A stretch of 64,000 bases of DNA from a virus. The translations under genes and the position numbers were made by a program. The DNA lies in IMG/VR virus record IMGVR_UViG_3300025141_008848, positions 32,001-96,000 of that record; one strand, written 5' to 3'. The notes under the pieces were generated by a model. The model ran no database searches and had not been told where the DNA came from. It saw only the letters and a list, made by a program, of their open reading frames with translations. Below, in pieces: positions 1 to 9,973 of this stretch (position 1 is the first letter of the stretch; every line of letters begins with the position of its first letter).

Positions 1-27
1 TAATCTACTTTAGTATAAAAAGCCATT

Positions 28-1164
28 CTATATTACAAATATTGTACCAGGATTCATTGGTCGATAACCTAACGATTTATTTAAACTTTCCGCTTCTAGA
101 GCTTTTCTTTCTAACATTTTATCATTTCTTAATCTTTCTAATCTAGTCATTAATTCTTCTACTAATTTGGCTATTTCATCTTTAGATTCACTAAGTAAAT
201 CTGCATACTCCATTGTTAATTCTGAATCCGGTGTTTTAAGGTTACCACTAAATTTACCTCTAACCCTACCTAACATTTCTTTTCCTTTTGCGAAAAAGTA
301 ACGTCTTACCCATGATTGGGCAGGAGGATTAAGTTCAGTAAAAGTCATTTCATCTAATGTGACATCACTAGGTAATAATATAATATCTTTATTCGCGTCT
401 AAACAATCATCTCTATTTTCAGGTCCCGAGTCGTAGTACCAATACCAAACCCGGTGTTGATGAGTCATAATATTACCAAAGTCAAATCTACCACCAGGAA
501 CATTATATAAATGAACATATTTTGGTCCGTGTACACCACCTGGTCCAGCAGTAACTCTGTACGTCATCTCACCACCAATCATACGATTTTTTATATTTCT
601 ATCCTGCATCCTCAACAAGACATCAAAAGCGGGCATTAAGAAATAAGAACCTTGTATTCCCATCTGAGCCATACCTCCACCGCCCCCTAAGCCCATACCA
701 CCACCCATACCACCAAAACCACCTAGGAAAGGGTCAATAAAGGACTCATTTAGCTCGGCTCTAGAGTACCAAAGTAATTCATTAAGTTCTCTACCTGCAG
801 GAATTTCATATATTTGAGTGTCAGCACTAAGAGTAATATAGTCTTGTTTTAGTTGGTACGGTCCACCAGCTTGTAAACCAACAATTTTAGAATAAGCATA
901 AGTAAAGGAGGTTTCAAAACTCAAGTCTCTTGTTAAGAAGGCACTTGTTAAAGATATAACATCTAGGTCTTGACCATATAACGAAGACCACTGATTTTCT
1001 ATTAACCAGTCCTGCACATACTGACCATAATCAAGTATTGCCAATTCAATAGCTGTATCTAACATCTCATCTTCAAGTTCTACCCCACGTAATGGTGCAC
1101 CTAAGGTATGTCTAAGTTGGGTAAATAATTTCTCTCTTTTTGCTGGGTCAATTGTTGCTGGCAT
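28..1164 (-). CDS. Neck/head-tail adaptor protein (T4 gp13-like)
   Basis: The N-terminus 'LRHTLGAP..GVELEDEMLDTAIELA' and C-terminus 'WVRRYFFAKGKEMLGRVRGKF' fit the gp13-like neck pattern. It lies near gp14/gp15-like genes and has a TATTTATA motif upstream. Confidence 0.75.
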   Translation of the reverse strand: MPATIDPAKREKLFTQLRHTLGAPLRGVELEDEMLDTAIELAILDYGQYVQDWLIENQWSSLYGQDLDVISLTSAFLTRDLSFETSFTYAYSKIVGLQAGGPYQLKQDYITLSADTQIYEIPAGRELNELLWYSRAELNESFIDPFLGGFGGMGGGMGLGGGGGMAQMGIQGSYFLMPAFDVLLRMQDRNIKNRMIGGEMTYRVTAGPGGVHGPKYVHLYNVPGGRFDFGNIMTHQHRVWYWYYDSGPENRDDCLDANKDIILLPSDVTLDEMTFTELNPPAQSWVRRYFFAKGKEMLGRVRGKFSGNLKTPDSELTMEYADLLSESKDEIAKLVEELMTRLERLRNDKMLERKALEAESLNKSLGYRPMNPGTIFVI

Positions 1165-1179
1165 AATATATCCTTTCTA

Positions 1180-1187
1180 TATAAATA
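1180..1187 (-). promoter_or_regulatory. Putative late promoter TATTTATA
   Basis: Reads TATTTATA on the minus strand, 15 nt before the neck gene ATG. The same motif precedes many structural genes. Confidence 0.6.
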
Positions 1188-1203
1188 CTTGGAAGTTGGT
1201 ATT

Positions 1204-1227
1204 AAAAAAGGTCCCATAAGGACCTTT
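1204..1227 (-). terminator. Rho-independent terminator
   Basis: Hairpin AAAGGTCC-CATAA-GGACCTTT followed by a T-run on the minus strand, downstream of 1253..1837. Confidence 0.7.
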
Positions 1228-1252
1228 CATAAAATATGTGTTTAAATGAGGA

Positions 1253-1837
1253 TTATTTAGTATATGAATTAAGTATTGACTTTAATTCTGTAACGGCTTT
1301 CTTTTTACCGTCTGCAAGTTCTTTATCGGTAAGTGCAGGTTCGGACTTTTCCCACGCAGTGGTAGAAACCTTTTTAATTCTGGTAACAGCTGTCGAAAGG
1401 TTACTAAGCATATCAGCAAAACTAACATTTTTTTGTTCTTTAATAACTCGTTCTACAATTCTTTTTAAAGTACCTTCAGTAACCTTAACAACCTTACCTT
1501 CTCTTACACCTTGTAATGCGTTATACATTTTTCCATGACCTTCAGATTGTTCATTTTTCTTTTCTACCTCTTTTGATTTTTTTTCTTCTTTATCAGTCAT
1601 TTCTTCGTCAGTCATATCTTCATAGATGTCTTCTATATGACGAGCAGCGGTTTTAATTTTCTTTAAATCACTAAATGATAAGGTTTGGTCACCAGTCTTA
1701 TGACCTACTAATAAAGATTTAAGGTTTTTTAAAGCTTTATAAGCTTTTTTTAATTCTGATTTAATATCTCCTTTAGCCTCAGTTAAAGTAACCAACCGGC
1801 TTCTAAGTTGTTTTTTCGTAAATTCTTTTTTACCCAT
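1253..1837 (-). CDS. Hypothetical charged protein, putative internal head protein (start moved to MGKKEF at 1837)
   Basis: TATTTATA (1853-1860) sits just upstream of the ATG at 1837, and the longer start overlaps the helicase. Contains the motif 'VVKVTEGTLKRIVERVIKEQ' shared with other ORFs here. Confidence 0.6.
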   Translation of the reverse strand: MGKKEFTKKQLRSRLVTLTEAKGDIKSELKKAYKALKNLKSLLVGHKTGDQTLSFSDLKKIKTAARHIEDIYEDMTDEEMTDKEEKKSKEVEKKNEQSEGHGKMYNALQGVREGKVVKVTEGTLKRIVERVIKEQKNVSFADMLSNLSTAVTRIKKVSTTAWEKSEPALTDKELADGKKKAVTELKSILNSYTK

Positions 1838-1877
1838 TTCAGTTTGTTTATATATAAATATAAGGAAAAGTAGGTTT

Positions 1878-3611
1878 CTACAACCCACCAAGTATTTCAC
1901 CCAAAATATCCGCTTCATTTATATTATCACCCATAACAGTATCTATAACGGACTTCTTTTTATTAACTAATTCGTAGATTGTTCTTTCTATGGTGTTGTC
2001 ATAAATTGGGTATATACACGATACTTTTTTATCTTGACCTATTCTAAATGCTCGGTCTTCACATTGGGACATATCAGAAGGGACAAAGGAAAGGTCGTTG
2101 AATATTACCACTTCTGCTGAGGTTAATGTTATACCCACTCCCGCTGCTTTGACATTACCTATAAAAACCTTTATTTTATCATCATTTTGAAATCGGTCCA
2201 CACTTTCTTGTCTGTCTTCTTTTTTCATAGTACCATTAAGAACTACAGATTCTTTTTTATATTTCTGGTGCAGAGTCATTAAAGGTTCTGTAAAATTAGT
2301 AAAAACAATAACTTTTTTATCTTGTTGTAGACATTGGTCTATTAGTTGTGTTGTCTCCTTAACTTTTTCTAACGCAATTATCTGTCTAACTTTCATTAGT
2401 TTAGCTAGTTGTATAGACAAACCACTACCTCTATGTTGTCGACGCCAGTCAAGATATTCTCCCATCTCATCTTCGTAGGATTTGGATTTAAGCTCCATAT
2501 AGATTGGGGTAATTATTTTATCGGGCAAGTCTAGTACATCCTCCTTCAATCTCCTCAAGACCTTATCGTTAGTTTTATCTCTAAGTTCTTCCAAGTTAGT
2601 CGCACCAAAAGTTAACCATATTTTCCTATAACCCCTAAAAATCTGTTTACCATCACAGTATCGTCTAACATAATTAATCCAATTATTAGCAACTCTTGAC
2701 CCAACCAGCTTTAATAAATTATAATAATTCATAGGTCTAGATGTCATAGGTGTACCTGATAATAACCATAACCTATCTATTTTACTTGTAAGATTATTAA
2801 CTAATTTAGTTCTTTGTGCTTTACCATTAGAAACATAATGTGCTTCATCTATTATAACTAAGTCAAATTTAGCATCTAATATGTGTGTTTTTTTGTCGGA
2901 ATCTTTAGGGAGAGAATGAAAATTCTTTAATATATCATAATTTATAATAACATATTCCCCATCTTCCCATTTTTTACCTTCCACAATACCTACTTCTACA
3001 TTACTATAATTTTCTATTTCTCTTTTCCAATTAACCTTTAATGAAGCGGGACATATTATTAATACTTTTTTTAATTTAAGATTGATACTAGCCATAATAG
3101 CAGAGCTAGTTTTACCTAAACCCATATCATCAGCCAATATATATTTTTTATTAGAAACTAATTTAATGATAGCTTTTTTTTGATGCTCAAATGGTGGACG
3201 ATGTGAAAAAGCTGTAAAATTAACATCTAAATCAGGATTTTCTCTAGGTACAATTTGGTTCTTAGGGACCCAGAAAGAGTTAAGAGGGTGAGAATCTATC
3301 ACCTTACCCCAGACATGATAAGCTTTTTCAGTTTCAGATAAAAGTTTTTCTATCCAGATAGATTTAGGTGGGGTCTGTAGAAATTTAGTTGACATAAGCT
3401 CTTTAGATAAGTAATCGTCTATTTCCATCCACAACCTAACAATTTTAGGTTTTTCATTATAATTGTTATTAATATAGTCTGATTGGGCCCTTGTCAATGT
3501 CAAAGATTTACTATTAAGCATGTTATTTTTAAGACCTATAATATAGTTATTGGCCCCATCATAATTAACTAATGTATTTTTAGCTTTAATCTCTGAAGGA
3601 AAATTTTCCAT
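1878..3611 (-). CDS. SNF2-family (SMARCAL1/ZRANB3-like) helicase/translocase
   Basis: Motif I 'ILADDMGLGKT', II 'IIDEAH', III 'LSGTP', V 'AAGVGITLT' and VI 'QCEDRAFRIGQ'. Confidence 0.9.
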   Translation of the reverse strand: MENFPSEIKAKNTLVNYDGANNYIIGLKNNMLNSKSLTLTRAQSDYINNNYNEKPKIVRLWMEIDDYLSKELMSTKFLQTPPKSIWIEKLLSETEKAYHVWGKVIDSHPLNSFWVPKNQIVPRENPDLDVNFTAFSHRPPFEHQKKAIIKLVSNKKYILADDMGLGKTSSAIMASINLKLKKVLIICPASLKVNWKREIENYSNVEVGIVEGKKWEDGEYVIINYDILKNFHSLPKDSDKKTHILDAKFDLVIIDEAHYVSNGKAQRTKLVNNLTSKIDRLWLLSGTPMTSRPMNYYNLLKLVGSRVANNWINYVRRYCDGKQIFRGYRKIWLTFGATNLEELRDKTNDKVLRRLKEDVLDLPDKIITPIYMELKSKSYEDEMGEYLDWRRQHRGSGLSIQLAKLMKVRQIIALEKVKETTQLIDQCLQQDKKVIVFTNFTEPLMTLHQKYKKESVVLNGTMKKEDRQESVDRFQNDDKIKVFIGNVKAAGVGITLTSAEVVIFNDLSFVPSDMSQCEDRAFRIGQDKKVSCIYPIYDNTIERTIYELVNKKKSVIDTVMGDNINEADILGEILGGL

Positions 3612-3649
3612 ATTAAAATATAATAAAAAGAGAAAAGAAAGACAAATTG

Positions 3650-3657
3650 TATTTATA
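3650..3657 (+). promoter_or_regulatory. Putative late promoter TATTTATA
   Basis: Motif 16 nt upstream of the gp14-like gene, followed by AAGGAAGG. Confidence 0.6.
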
Positions 3658-3673
3658 ATAAAAGGAAGGACCT

Positions 3674-4189
3674 ATGACTAATAAAAAAATACCGATTACA
3701 AGAATATCTAAATTTTTTAGTTCCGAAGATTTTCAACTAGAACAAGATGTGGGCATGGAGTGGTTACATGGTGATATGCATTTTACTATGGTTTTATTTA
3801 GGGTAGATAAAAAATTATCTGATGTTGATGATGTATATGGGGAGTCGAATGTTGAAGAAATTAGATATAAGCCCCCGGTAGAGTTTAATGCTTATGTAAA
3901 AATTGACCCACCTAACAATAAAAGTTATGGTGGTGGATTAGTTAATCAGATGGAACCAGGCAATATGACTTTAGGTGTGTACAAAAAACATTTAGAAGAA
4001 TTAGATATCGACATAAATTATGGTGACTATATTGGGTACCCAGAAAATGAAACTACAATGAGATATTATGTGGTCGCAAATGATGGAAGAGTGACTTCAG
4101 ATATTAAACACACTATAGGTGGGTATAAAGCTTTCTACAGAACAATAGTATGTTCGTGGGTTAGTGAAAATGAATTTAGAGGAGTGTAA
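3674..4189 (+). CDS. Head completion/neck protein (T4 gp14-like)
   Basis: 'DDVYGES' motif, size, and position between the gp13-like and gp15-like genes. Confidence 0.55.
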   Translation: MTNKKIPITRISKFFSSEDFQLEQDVGMEWLHGDMHFTMVLFRVDKKLSDVDDVYGESNVEEIRYKPPVEFNAYVKIDPPNNKSYGGGLVNQMEPGNMTLGVYKKHLEELDIDINYGDYIGYPENETTMRYYVVANDGRVTSDIKHTIGGYKAFYRTIVCSWVSENEFRGV

Positions 4190-5268
4190 TGGGAATACCT
4201 AAAAAAATAAAAAAAACCTTAAATATAGCACCAGGACCTATACAAGGGCACTACCCAACAGGGTACAATGGGATAACAACGCCCTATAGACGAAAGGAGT
4301 TAGCAGAGTTCATTACTGACGATGGAACTTATTTACCTAAATCAGTTTTACATGCTGACCTTGATAAAGGAATGTTAGATTTTACACAAGAGCAATTAAA
4401 AACAGTAGCTAATGGAAAAAAAGTTAATGTTATTGACCGTATTCTCACCCTACAAAGGTGGGCAGAATTTGCTCAAACATGGAAATTTGCTAATCAGGAT
4501 AAAAATGTAGAGTTACCATTTATTGTTGTGGTGAGAAAACCAGATGTACAATACGGAACCAATCCCGCTTTACAATATACTATACCCGATAGAAAACAAT
4601 TTCATTATGCTAAGGTACCTACTTGGGACGGCAATAGAAAAGGGTACGACGTCTATACTATACCACAACCGGTCCCAGTAGATATTACATATGATGTGAA
4701 AATAATATGTAATAGAATGAGAGAATTAAATAATTTTAATAGGGTGGTACTCCAAAAGTTCACTTCTAGACAAGCATATACTTTTGTTAAAGGTCATTAT
4801 ATTCCTATAGTATTAAGTTCTATTGGGGACGAAAGTCAGATAGATACAGAGGAAAGAAGATACTATCAACAGAATTACCAATTCCAATTACAAGGGTTTT
4901 TACTAGATGAGGAAGAGTTTGAAGTTAAACCAGCTATTAGTAGGAGTTTAACGATGTTTGGGGTAGACGAAAAGGAAAGAAAAAAAGAACAAAAGAATAT
5001 TGGAGAAGATAACGCCACAAAAACAAATAGAAAATTAACATTCCAGGCGGGTGTTACAGTAATTGTTATATCATATAAGGATAAGGTGAATGTTTCAGCT
5101 TTAAGAATTAAAAATATAGCATCTTATTCTCTTTCTGTTAATGCTATAAATTTTGGTCAGTCATATGACCCGATTATGATTAATCCTGGTGATATTTTAC
5201 AAGTAACGATTGTAAAACAAAATCCTGGTGTGGCTATGTTAACTTTACAAGAAATCCTAATCGGTTAA
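4189..5268 (+). CDS. Tail terminator/sheath stabiliser (T4 gp15-like)
   Basis: 'LPFIVVVR' and 'PVPVDITYDVKIIC...ELN' motifs, and position immediately before the sheath gene. Confidence 0.6.
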   Translation: MGIPKKIKKTLNIAPGPIQGHYPTGYNGITTPYRRKELAEFITDDGTYLPKSVLHADLDKGMLDFTQEQLKTVANGKKVNVIDRILTLQRWAEFAQTWKFANQDKNVELPFIVVVRKPDVQYGTNPALQYTIPDRKQFHYAKVPTWDGNRKGYDVYTIPQPVPVDITYDVKIICNRMRELNNFNRVVLQKFTSRQAYTFVKGHYIPIVLSSIGDESQIDTEERRYYQQNYQFQLQGFLLDEEEFEVKPAISRSLTMFGVDEKERKKEQKNIGEDNATKTNRKLTFQAGVTVIVISYKDKVNVSALRIKNIASYSLSVNAINFGQSYDPIMINPGDILQVTIVKQNPGVAMLTLQEILIG

Positions 5269-5436
5269 ATCCTCACCATATATATCTTTAGTGGTTTTAC
5301 AATTTTCCTTTATTAAGTGTTCTATGAATGCAAACATCTTTAACCCTTTCTTATTACAATAGACTTTAAGTTGGGTATGTGATTTAACACTTATCTTTAA
5401 ATTTTTTATTTTTGGTTTTTTATCTGTGGTGGGCAT
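5257..5436 (-). CDS. Small ribbon-helix-helix DNA-binding protein (59 aa, not in the ORF track)
   Basis: Translated by hand: MPTTDKKPKIKNLKISVKSHTQLKVYCNKKGLKMFAFIEHLIKENCKTTKDIYGEDLTD*. A beta strand followed by two helices fits the Arc/CopG RHH pattern. Confidence 0.7.
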   Translation of the reverse strand: MPTTDKKPKIKNLKISVKSHTQLKVYCNKKGLKMFAFIEHLIKENCKTTKDIYGEDLTD

Positions 5437-5469
5437 TACAGGGTATATTTTTAATATAACTATGGTATT

Positions 5470-5499
5470 GTATGAAAAAAGTATGAAAATTTACATACT
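5470..5499. promoter_or_regulatory. Putative operator (direct plus inverted repeat)
   Basis: GTATGAAAA at 5470 and 5481 (11-bp period), overlapping the near-palindrome AGTATG-AAAATTTA-CATACT (5480-5499), between the divergent RHH and sheath genes. Confidence 0.45.
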
Positions 5500-5548
5500 A
5501 ACCCTAAAATATAGCTATTTACTACGTAACTTTTGTCAATACCACATG

Positions 5549-5556
5549 TATTTATT
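5549..5556 (+). promoter_or_regulatory. Putative late promoter TATTTATT
   Basis: Motif upstream of the sheath gene. Confidence 0.55.
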
Positions 5557-5592
5557 ATAAAAGAAAATAAAATATCTTAAAAATTATAAAAC

Positions 5593-8500
5593 ATGGCAGA
5601 CGGTAATAAAATATTTGTTTCTCCAGGGGTATATACTTCAGAGAAAGATTTAACATTTGTAGCACAAAGTGTAGGTGTTACTACATTAGGTATAGTTGGA
5701 GAAACCTTAAAGGGTCCAGCTTTTGAACCAATATACATTCAATCATATGATGATTTTACAACTAGGTTTGGTGGGACTTCACCAATGACTTATGTGGATT
5801 CACAAATACCTAAATACGAATTAGGTTATATAGCTAAATCGTATTTAAGTCAATCAAACCAATTATTTGTAACAAGAGTATTGGGGATAAGTGGTTATGA
5901 CGCAGGACCATCATGGAGTGTTGTTACAATAGGAGAATTAGACGGCACTACTTTAACAGGTAGTACATCCGCAACCACCCAACTAACACTACCATTCTTT
6001 ATTCCTTTAACAGGGACAAATGGTACTATTGGGGCTAATTTTTCTGCGAATGATGCTTTACACGATGATTTCTTCAGACAACTTCCTGGAACCATAGCGA
6101 GTCATTTTTACAGTGAACCATATCAAACGGGTGATACAACAGCAGATAATGTGAACACTCCGTTTACAATGAATAATGGTACCACACTACCTAATTTACA
6201 AACATCTTTTATAAATTTCTTTAACGGAGGATACTCCCCAACAACAGTAGCATCAGGGTCAACTTGTTATTCAGGAGGACCAGTTTATTATTCTTCTACT
6301 ACTTTAGCTTCATGGAGTTGTCCACTAGTATACCAATACGGTTGTATACCTGAAGCAGTTGAATCAGCAGCAACAGGTACTACAATTGCAACATTTTCTG
6401 CTGAAACATCAGCACTAACAGTAACTAATGTACTATCCACTGAATGTACTGATTTTTCATCTTACAAAAATGATTCGTGGTATTATGGGTTATTCGATTA
6501 TGTAGATGCGGAATGTTGTACCGGTACAACATTTAGTGGGATATCTTATCAACTATGGTTAAGTGGTGGATGTAATAATGGTGGTGGTCTTAACGCTTGT
6601 ACAGGGGTTACAGGAACAACATCAGCTGGAACTGAAGTATATTCTGGTAATGTTATTGTAGATTTAATTACTTATACTGGTGTTGAACCGTACACCGACT
6701 ATGATGGTATGGTAGTATTAACATTAAGGTCTAGAGGACTTAGTACTAAGGCTTCGGGTGGACCGGTATATGCTTTAACAGCAGACACGGCGAGTTTTGA
6801 TTGTACTGGAGATTATGCTAAAGTATTAACAAATCCATTTGCTTCATTTGGGGTAAGTGCAACCACTACCGGTGGTGATGTATATACATTTAAAACTTCT
6901 ATGGCGAACACTTCACAAGATTATGTGTCAAGAGTGTTTGGTAGAAGTCCATTTGATAAAAAAGAATCTGAGGTTCCTTTATTTGTTGAGGAGACTTACC
7001 CAGCACTTTTAACTGATGGTTGGAAGAAAGGAAAAATTAGAGGGTTACAATGTTGTTTTAAATATTTACCTTCTGCACGAGACATAACTAATACAAATAC
7101 CATTGCGTGGTATATGAGAGAATGGACAACACCAGAAACACCATGGATTGTTTCCGAGTTACAAGGTACGGACATATTCAGATTATTTAAATTCATCTCA
7201 ATATCTGATGGTACAGCAGCAAATAGAGAAATTAAAGTTTCTATAATTAACTTATCATTCGAAAGAGGGGAGTTCGATGTAATCGTAAGAGATTTCTATG
7301 ATACAGACGCAAACCCACAAGTTTTAGAAAAATACACTAGATGTAGCTTAGACCCAACAAAAGTATCCTTTATAGGTAGAAAAATTGGTACTTCTACAGG
7401 GGAATTTGAATTAAAGTCTAAATATACAATGTTATATCTAGGTGAAGGATTGTTGGATGGTGTATTTAAGAATTCATTACCAGCTGGTTTTGAAGGATAT
7501 AGATTTAGAGGGTATGATTGCCCAGTTAATCCACGTATTATTTATAAAACAAAATATTATAAAGCAGGAGAAGTAGTGTATGACCCAGCTTTCGGTAGTG
7601 GTGTAGGTAATAACCAAACTATAAGTGGGGGTGATAAGATAAGTAAAGTTTATCTAGGAGTCTCAAATAGTATAGGAGCTGCTTATGACCCAGATTTCTT
7701 TGAATATAAAGGAAAACAAGTACCTAGTACATTATGTACAGCAGTGGAAGGTGGTGACTGGAATGTAATAACTCCTGGTTTCCACATGGATTCAGGAGCT
7801 ACAGTAGTGTTGGGTGGAACAGGAACTTATTTAGATTGGTCAGGAACTACATTAAATGGTAAACAAGTATTTGATTGTGGTGCCGGACAATTTAATCACG
7901 AACCAACTTTAAGTACTGAACCGTACAAACAACTTAGAAGTCGTAAATTTACAGTTGCTCCACATGGTGGGTTTGATGGTTGGGATATTTACAGAAAAAC
8001 AAGAACAAATTCTGACGATTATAGAATGGGACTAAGCGGATTCTTAGCAGGACAATGTGCTGGAACATCGGAATTCCCACAAGCAACTGGAAAGGGTACC
8101 TTTAAAAAATTAAGTAGTACAGAAGCTAACACAGATTATTTTGCTTATTTAAGAGGTATTAATACATTCAGTAATCCTGAAGCGGTAAATATTAATGTGT
8201 TTACCACACCTGGTATTGATTATGTGGATAATTTAGGTCTAGTAAATGAAACTATTGATATGGTAGAAACTGATAGAGCGGATTCATTATATGTAGTAAC
8301 GACACCAGACTACAATATGTTTGTTTCTAGTACGACAGACCCAGCTAACCAAATAACACCAGAAGAAGCGGTAGATAATATGGAAGACTCACTGATAGAC
8401 TCTAATTATACCGCTACGTATTATCCTTGGGTACAAGTTAGAGATACGGCAAATAACAAACAAATATTTATACCACCAACAGCGGAGGTAATGAGAAATA

Positions 8501-9021
8501 TAGCTTTAACCGATAATATTGCATTCCCATGGTTCGCATCTGCGGGATATACTAGAGGTATTGTGAACGCTATAAAAGCTAGAAAGAAACTTACATTAGA
8601 TGAAAGAGATACTTTATATGTGGGAAGACTTAATCCTATAGCAACATTTAGTGATGTCGGACCAATTATTTGGGGTAATAAAACACTACAAATTAGAGAA
8701 TCAGCACTAGATAGAATAAATGTTAGAAGATTATTATTACAAACTAGAAAGTTAATCTCAGCAGTATCAATTAGACTACTATTTGAACAAAATGATGATG
8801 TAGTAAGACAACAATTCTTAGACTTAGTTAACCCAATTCTAGACTCTATTAGAAGAGATAGAGGTTTAACTGACTTTAGAGTGGTACTTTCTAATGACCC
8901 AGAGGAGATAGATAGAAATGAAATGAATGGTAAAATCTACATAAAACCAACAAGAGCATTAGAATACATATTCGTTGAATTCTTGATAACACCTACTGGT
9001 GCATCTTTTGAGGATGTATAG
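5593..9021 (+). CDS. Contractile tail sheath protein (T4 gp18-like) with large insertions
   Basis: N-terminal 'FVSPGVYTSEKDL', plus 'YTATYYPWV', 'PWFASAGYTRG', 'IWGNKTLQ..SALDRINVRRLL' and C-terminal 'IYIKPTRALEYI'. Confidence 0.95.
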   Translation: MADGNKIFVSPGVYTSEKDLTFVAQSVGVTTLGIVGETLKGPAFEPIYIQSYDDFTTRFGGTSPMTYVDSQIPKYELGYIAKSYLSQSNQLFVTRVLGISGYDAGPSWSVVTIGELDGTTLTGSTSATTQLTLPFFIPLTGTNGTIGANFSANDALHDDFFRQLPGTIASHFYSEPYQTGDTTADNVNTPFTMNNGTTLPNLQTSFINFFNGGYSPTTVASGSTCYSGGPVYYSSTTLASWSCPLVYQYGCIPEAVESAATGTTIATFSAETSALTVTNVLSTECTDFSSYKNDSWYYGLFDYVDAECCTGTTFSGISYQLWLSGGCNNGGGLNACTGVTGTTSAGTEVYSGNVIVDLITYTGVEPYTDYDGMVVLTLRSRGLSTKASGGPVYALTADTASFDCTGDYAKVLTNPFASFGVSATTTGGDVYTFKTSMANTSQDYVSRVFGRSPFDKKESEVPLFVEETYPALLTDGWKKGKIRGLQCCFKYLPSARDITNTNTIAWYMREWTTPETPWIVSELQGTDIFRLFKFISISDGTAANREIKVSIINLSFERGEFDVIVRDFYDTDANPQVLEKYTRCSLDPTKVSFIGRKIGTSTGEFELKSKYTMLYLGEGLLDGVFKNSLPAGFEGYRFRGYDCPVNPRIIYKTKYYKAGEVVYDPAFGSGVGNNQTISGGDKISKVYLGVSNSIGAAYDPDFFEYKGKQVPSTLCTAVEGGDWNVITPGFHMDSGATVVLGGTGTYLDWSGTTLNGKQVFDCGAGQFNHEPTLSTEPYKQLRSRKFTVAPHGGFDGWDIYRKTRTNSDDYRMGLSGFLAGQCAGTSEFPQATGKGTFKKLSSTEANTDYFAYLRGINTFSNPEAVNINVFTTPGIDYVDNLGLVNETIDMVETDRADSLYVVTTPDYNMFVSSTTDPANQITPEEAVDNMEDSLIDSNYTATYYPWVQVRDTANNKQIFIPPTAEVMRNIALTDNIAFPWFASAGYTRGIVNAIKARKKLTLDERDTLYVGRLNPIATFSDVGPIIWGNKTLQIRESALDRINVRRLLLQTRKLISAVSIRLLFEQNDDVVRQQFLDLVNPILDSIRRDRGLTDFRVVLSNDPEEIDRNEMNGKIYIKPTRALEYIFVEFLITPTGASFEDV

Positions 9022-9042
9022 TATTTATAATAAAATTTAATT

Positions 9043-9948
9043 ATGAAATTTAATAAAAAATTAGTAACAGACACTATAAGTCAACCTAAATCGGGTAAAA
9101 AAGTATTTACGGAAGGTAAAAAACAAAACGTTATTCTTAGTGAAGAACAATTAGATAGACTGCTGTTACAATTAAATGAATCTAGAGAAAAATCTATAAA
9201 TGGTATAATAAAAGATGCTTATGAGTTGATTAGAGAGGCAATTAAGAGTGAAAATTTAGATTTAAGTATAGATAATTATTCTCCAGTACTTACCGAAGAC
9301 CAATCAGAGTGGAGTGGAGGTAGGAATCCAGGTGTTGCTGCGGCGGAAGGTTTAGAAAATGTACTTAACGGTATAAAGAAAGCGTATGACATGATTAAAG
9401 ATAGTGATACGAGAAAGAAATTAGCTAATTCTATTACTAAATTAGGTAATTTTATGACTATTACTGCTGACGCAATTGGAGCCGGAAGAGACCAAAGAGC
9501 TCCTAGAAGTAGTGACTCACTAAGAGACCCACTACCATATCCTGAATTAGAAACCGTAACTGTAGATGATGAAGAAGAAATTTCTGAAGACGATGTAATT
9601 GATGTTAGTGATGTGGATGGGATAGAACTAGTTACCGGTGATGATGAAGTAGAAGACATTCAAGAACAGAAAGAAAAATTAATCCAAGAAGAGATTAAAA
9701 AAATGAAACAAATAATAAAACCACTCACAAAATCAATGTTAAGAGAAGATGAGAGGTGGATGCAAGATGTTAATAAAGATATAGAAAAAAGAGGTACGGA
9801 AGGTGTATTTCATAAATGGTGTGTTGACCATGGATATGAAAATGGATGTTCAAAAGGTTGTTGGGATAAAGCAGAGAAAGCGGGAGACCCGTGGAGAGAA
9901 AGAGCTGCACTAGCAAAAACTTTTTGTGACGATAATCCATATAACTAA
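9043..9948 (+). CDS. Acidic modular protein, putative internal head protein
   Basis: TATTTATA at 9022-9029. Motifs 'VILSEEQLDRLLLQLNE' and 'LIQEEIKKMKQII', and a small C-terminal domain 'WMQ...RERAALAKTF'. Confidence 0.5.
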   Translation: MKFNKKLVTDTISQPKSGKKVFTEGKKQNVILSEEQLDRLLLQLNESREKSINGIIKDAYELIREAIKSENLDLSIDNYSPVLTEDQSEWSGGRNPGVAAAEGLENVLNGIKKAYDMIKDSDTRKKLANSITKLGNFMTITADAIGAGRDQRAPRSSDSLRDPLPYPELETVTVDDEEEISEDDVIDVSDVDGIELVTGDDEVEDIQEQKEKLIQEEIKKMKQIIKPLTKSMLREDERWMQDVNKDIEKRGTEGVFHKWCVDHGYENGCSKGCWDKAEKAGDPWRERAALAKTFCDDNPYN

Positions 9949-9973
9949 TAAAACCAATATAAAAAGGTAAAAA

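Noticed and set aside
1838-1918. N-terminal extension of the 221-aa ORF
   Set aside because: It overlaps the helicase end and contains the promoter motif. The ATG at 1837 is the more plausible start.
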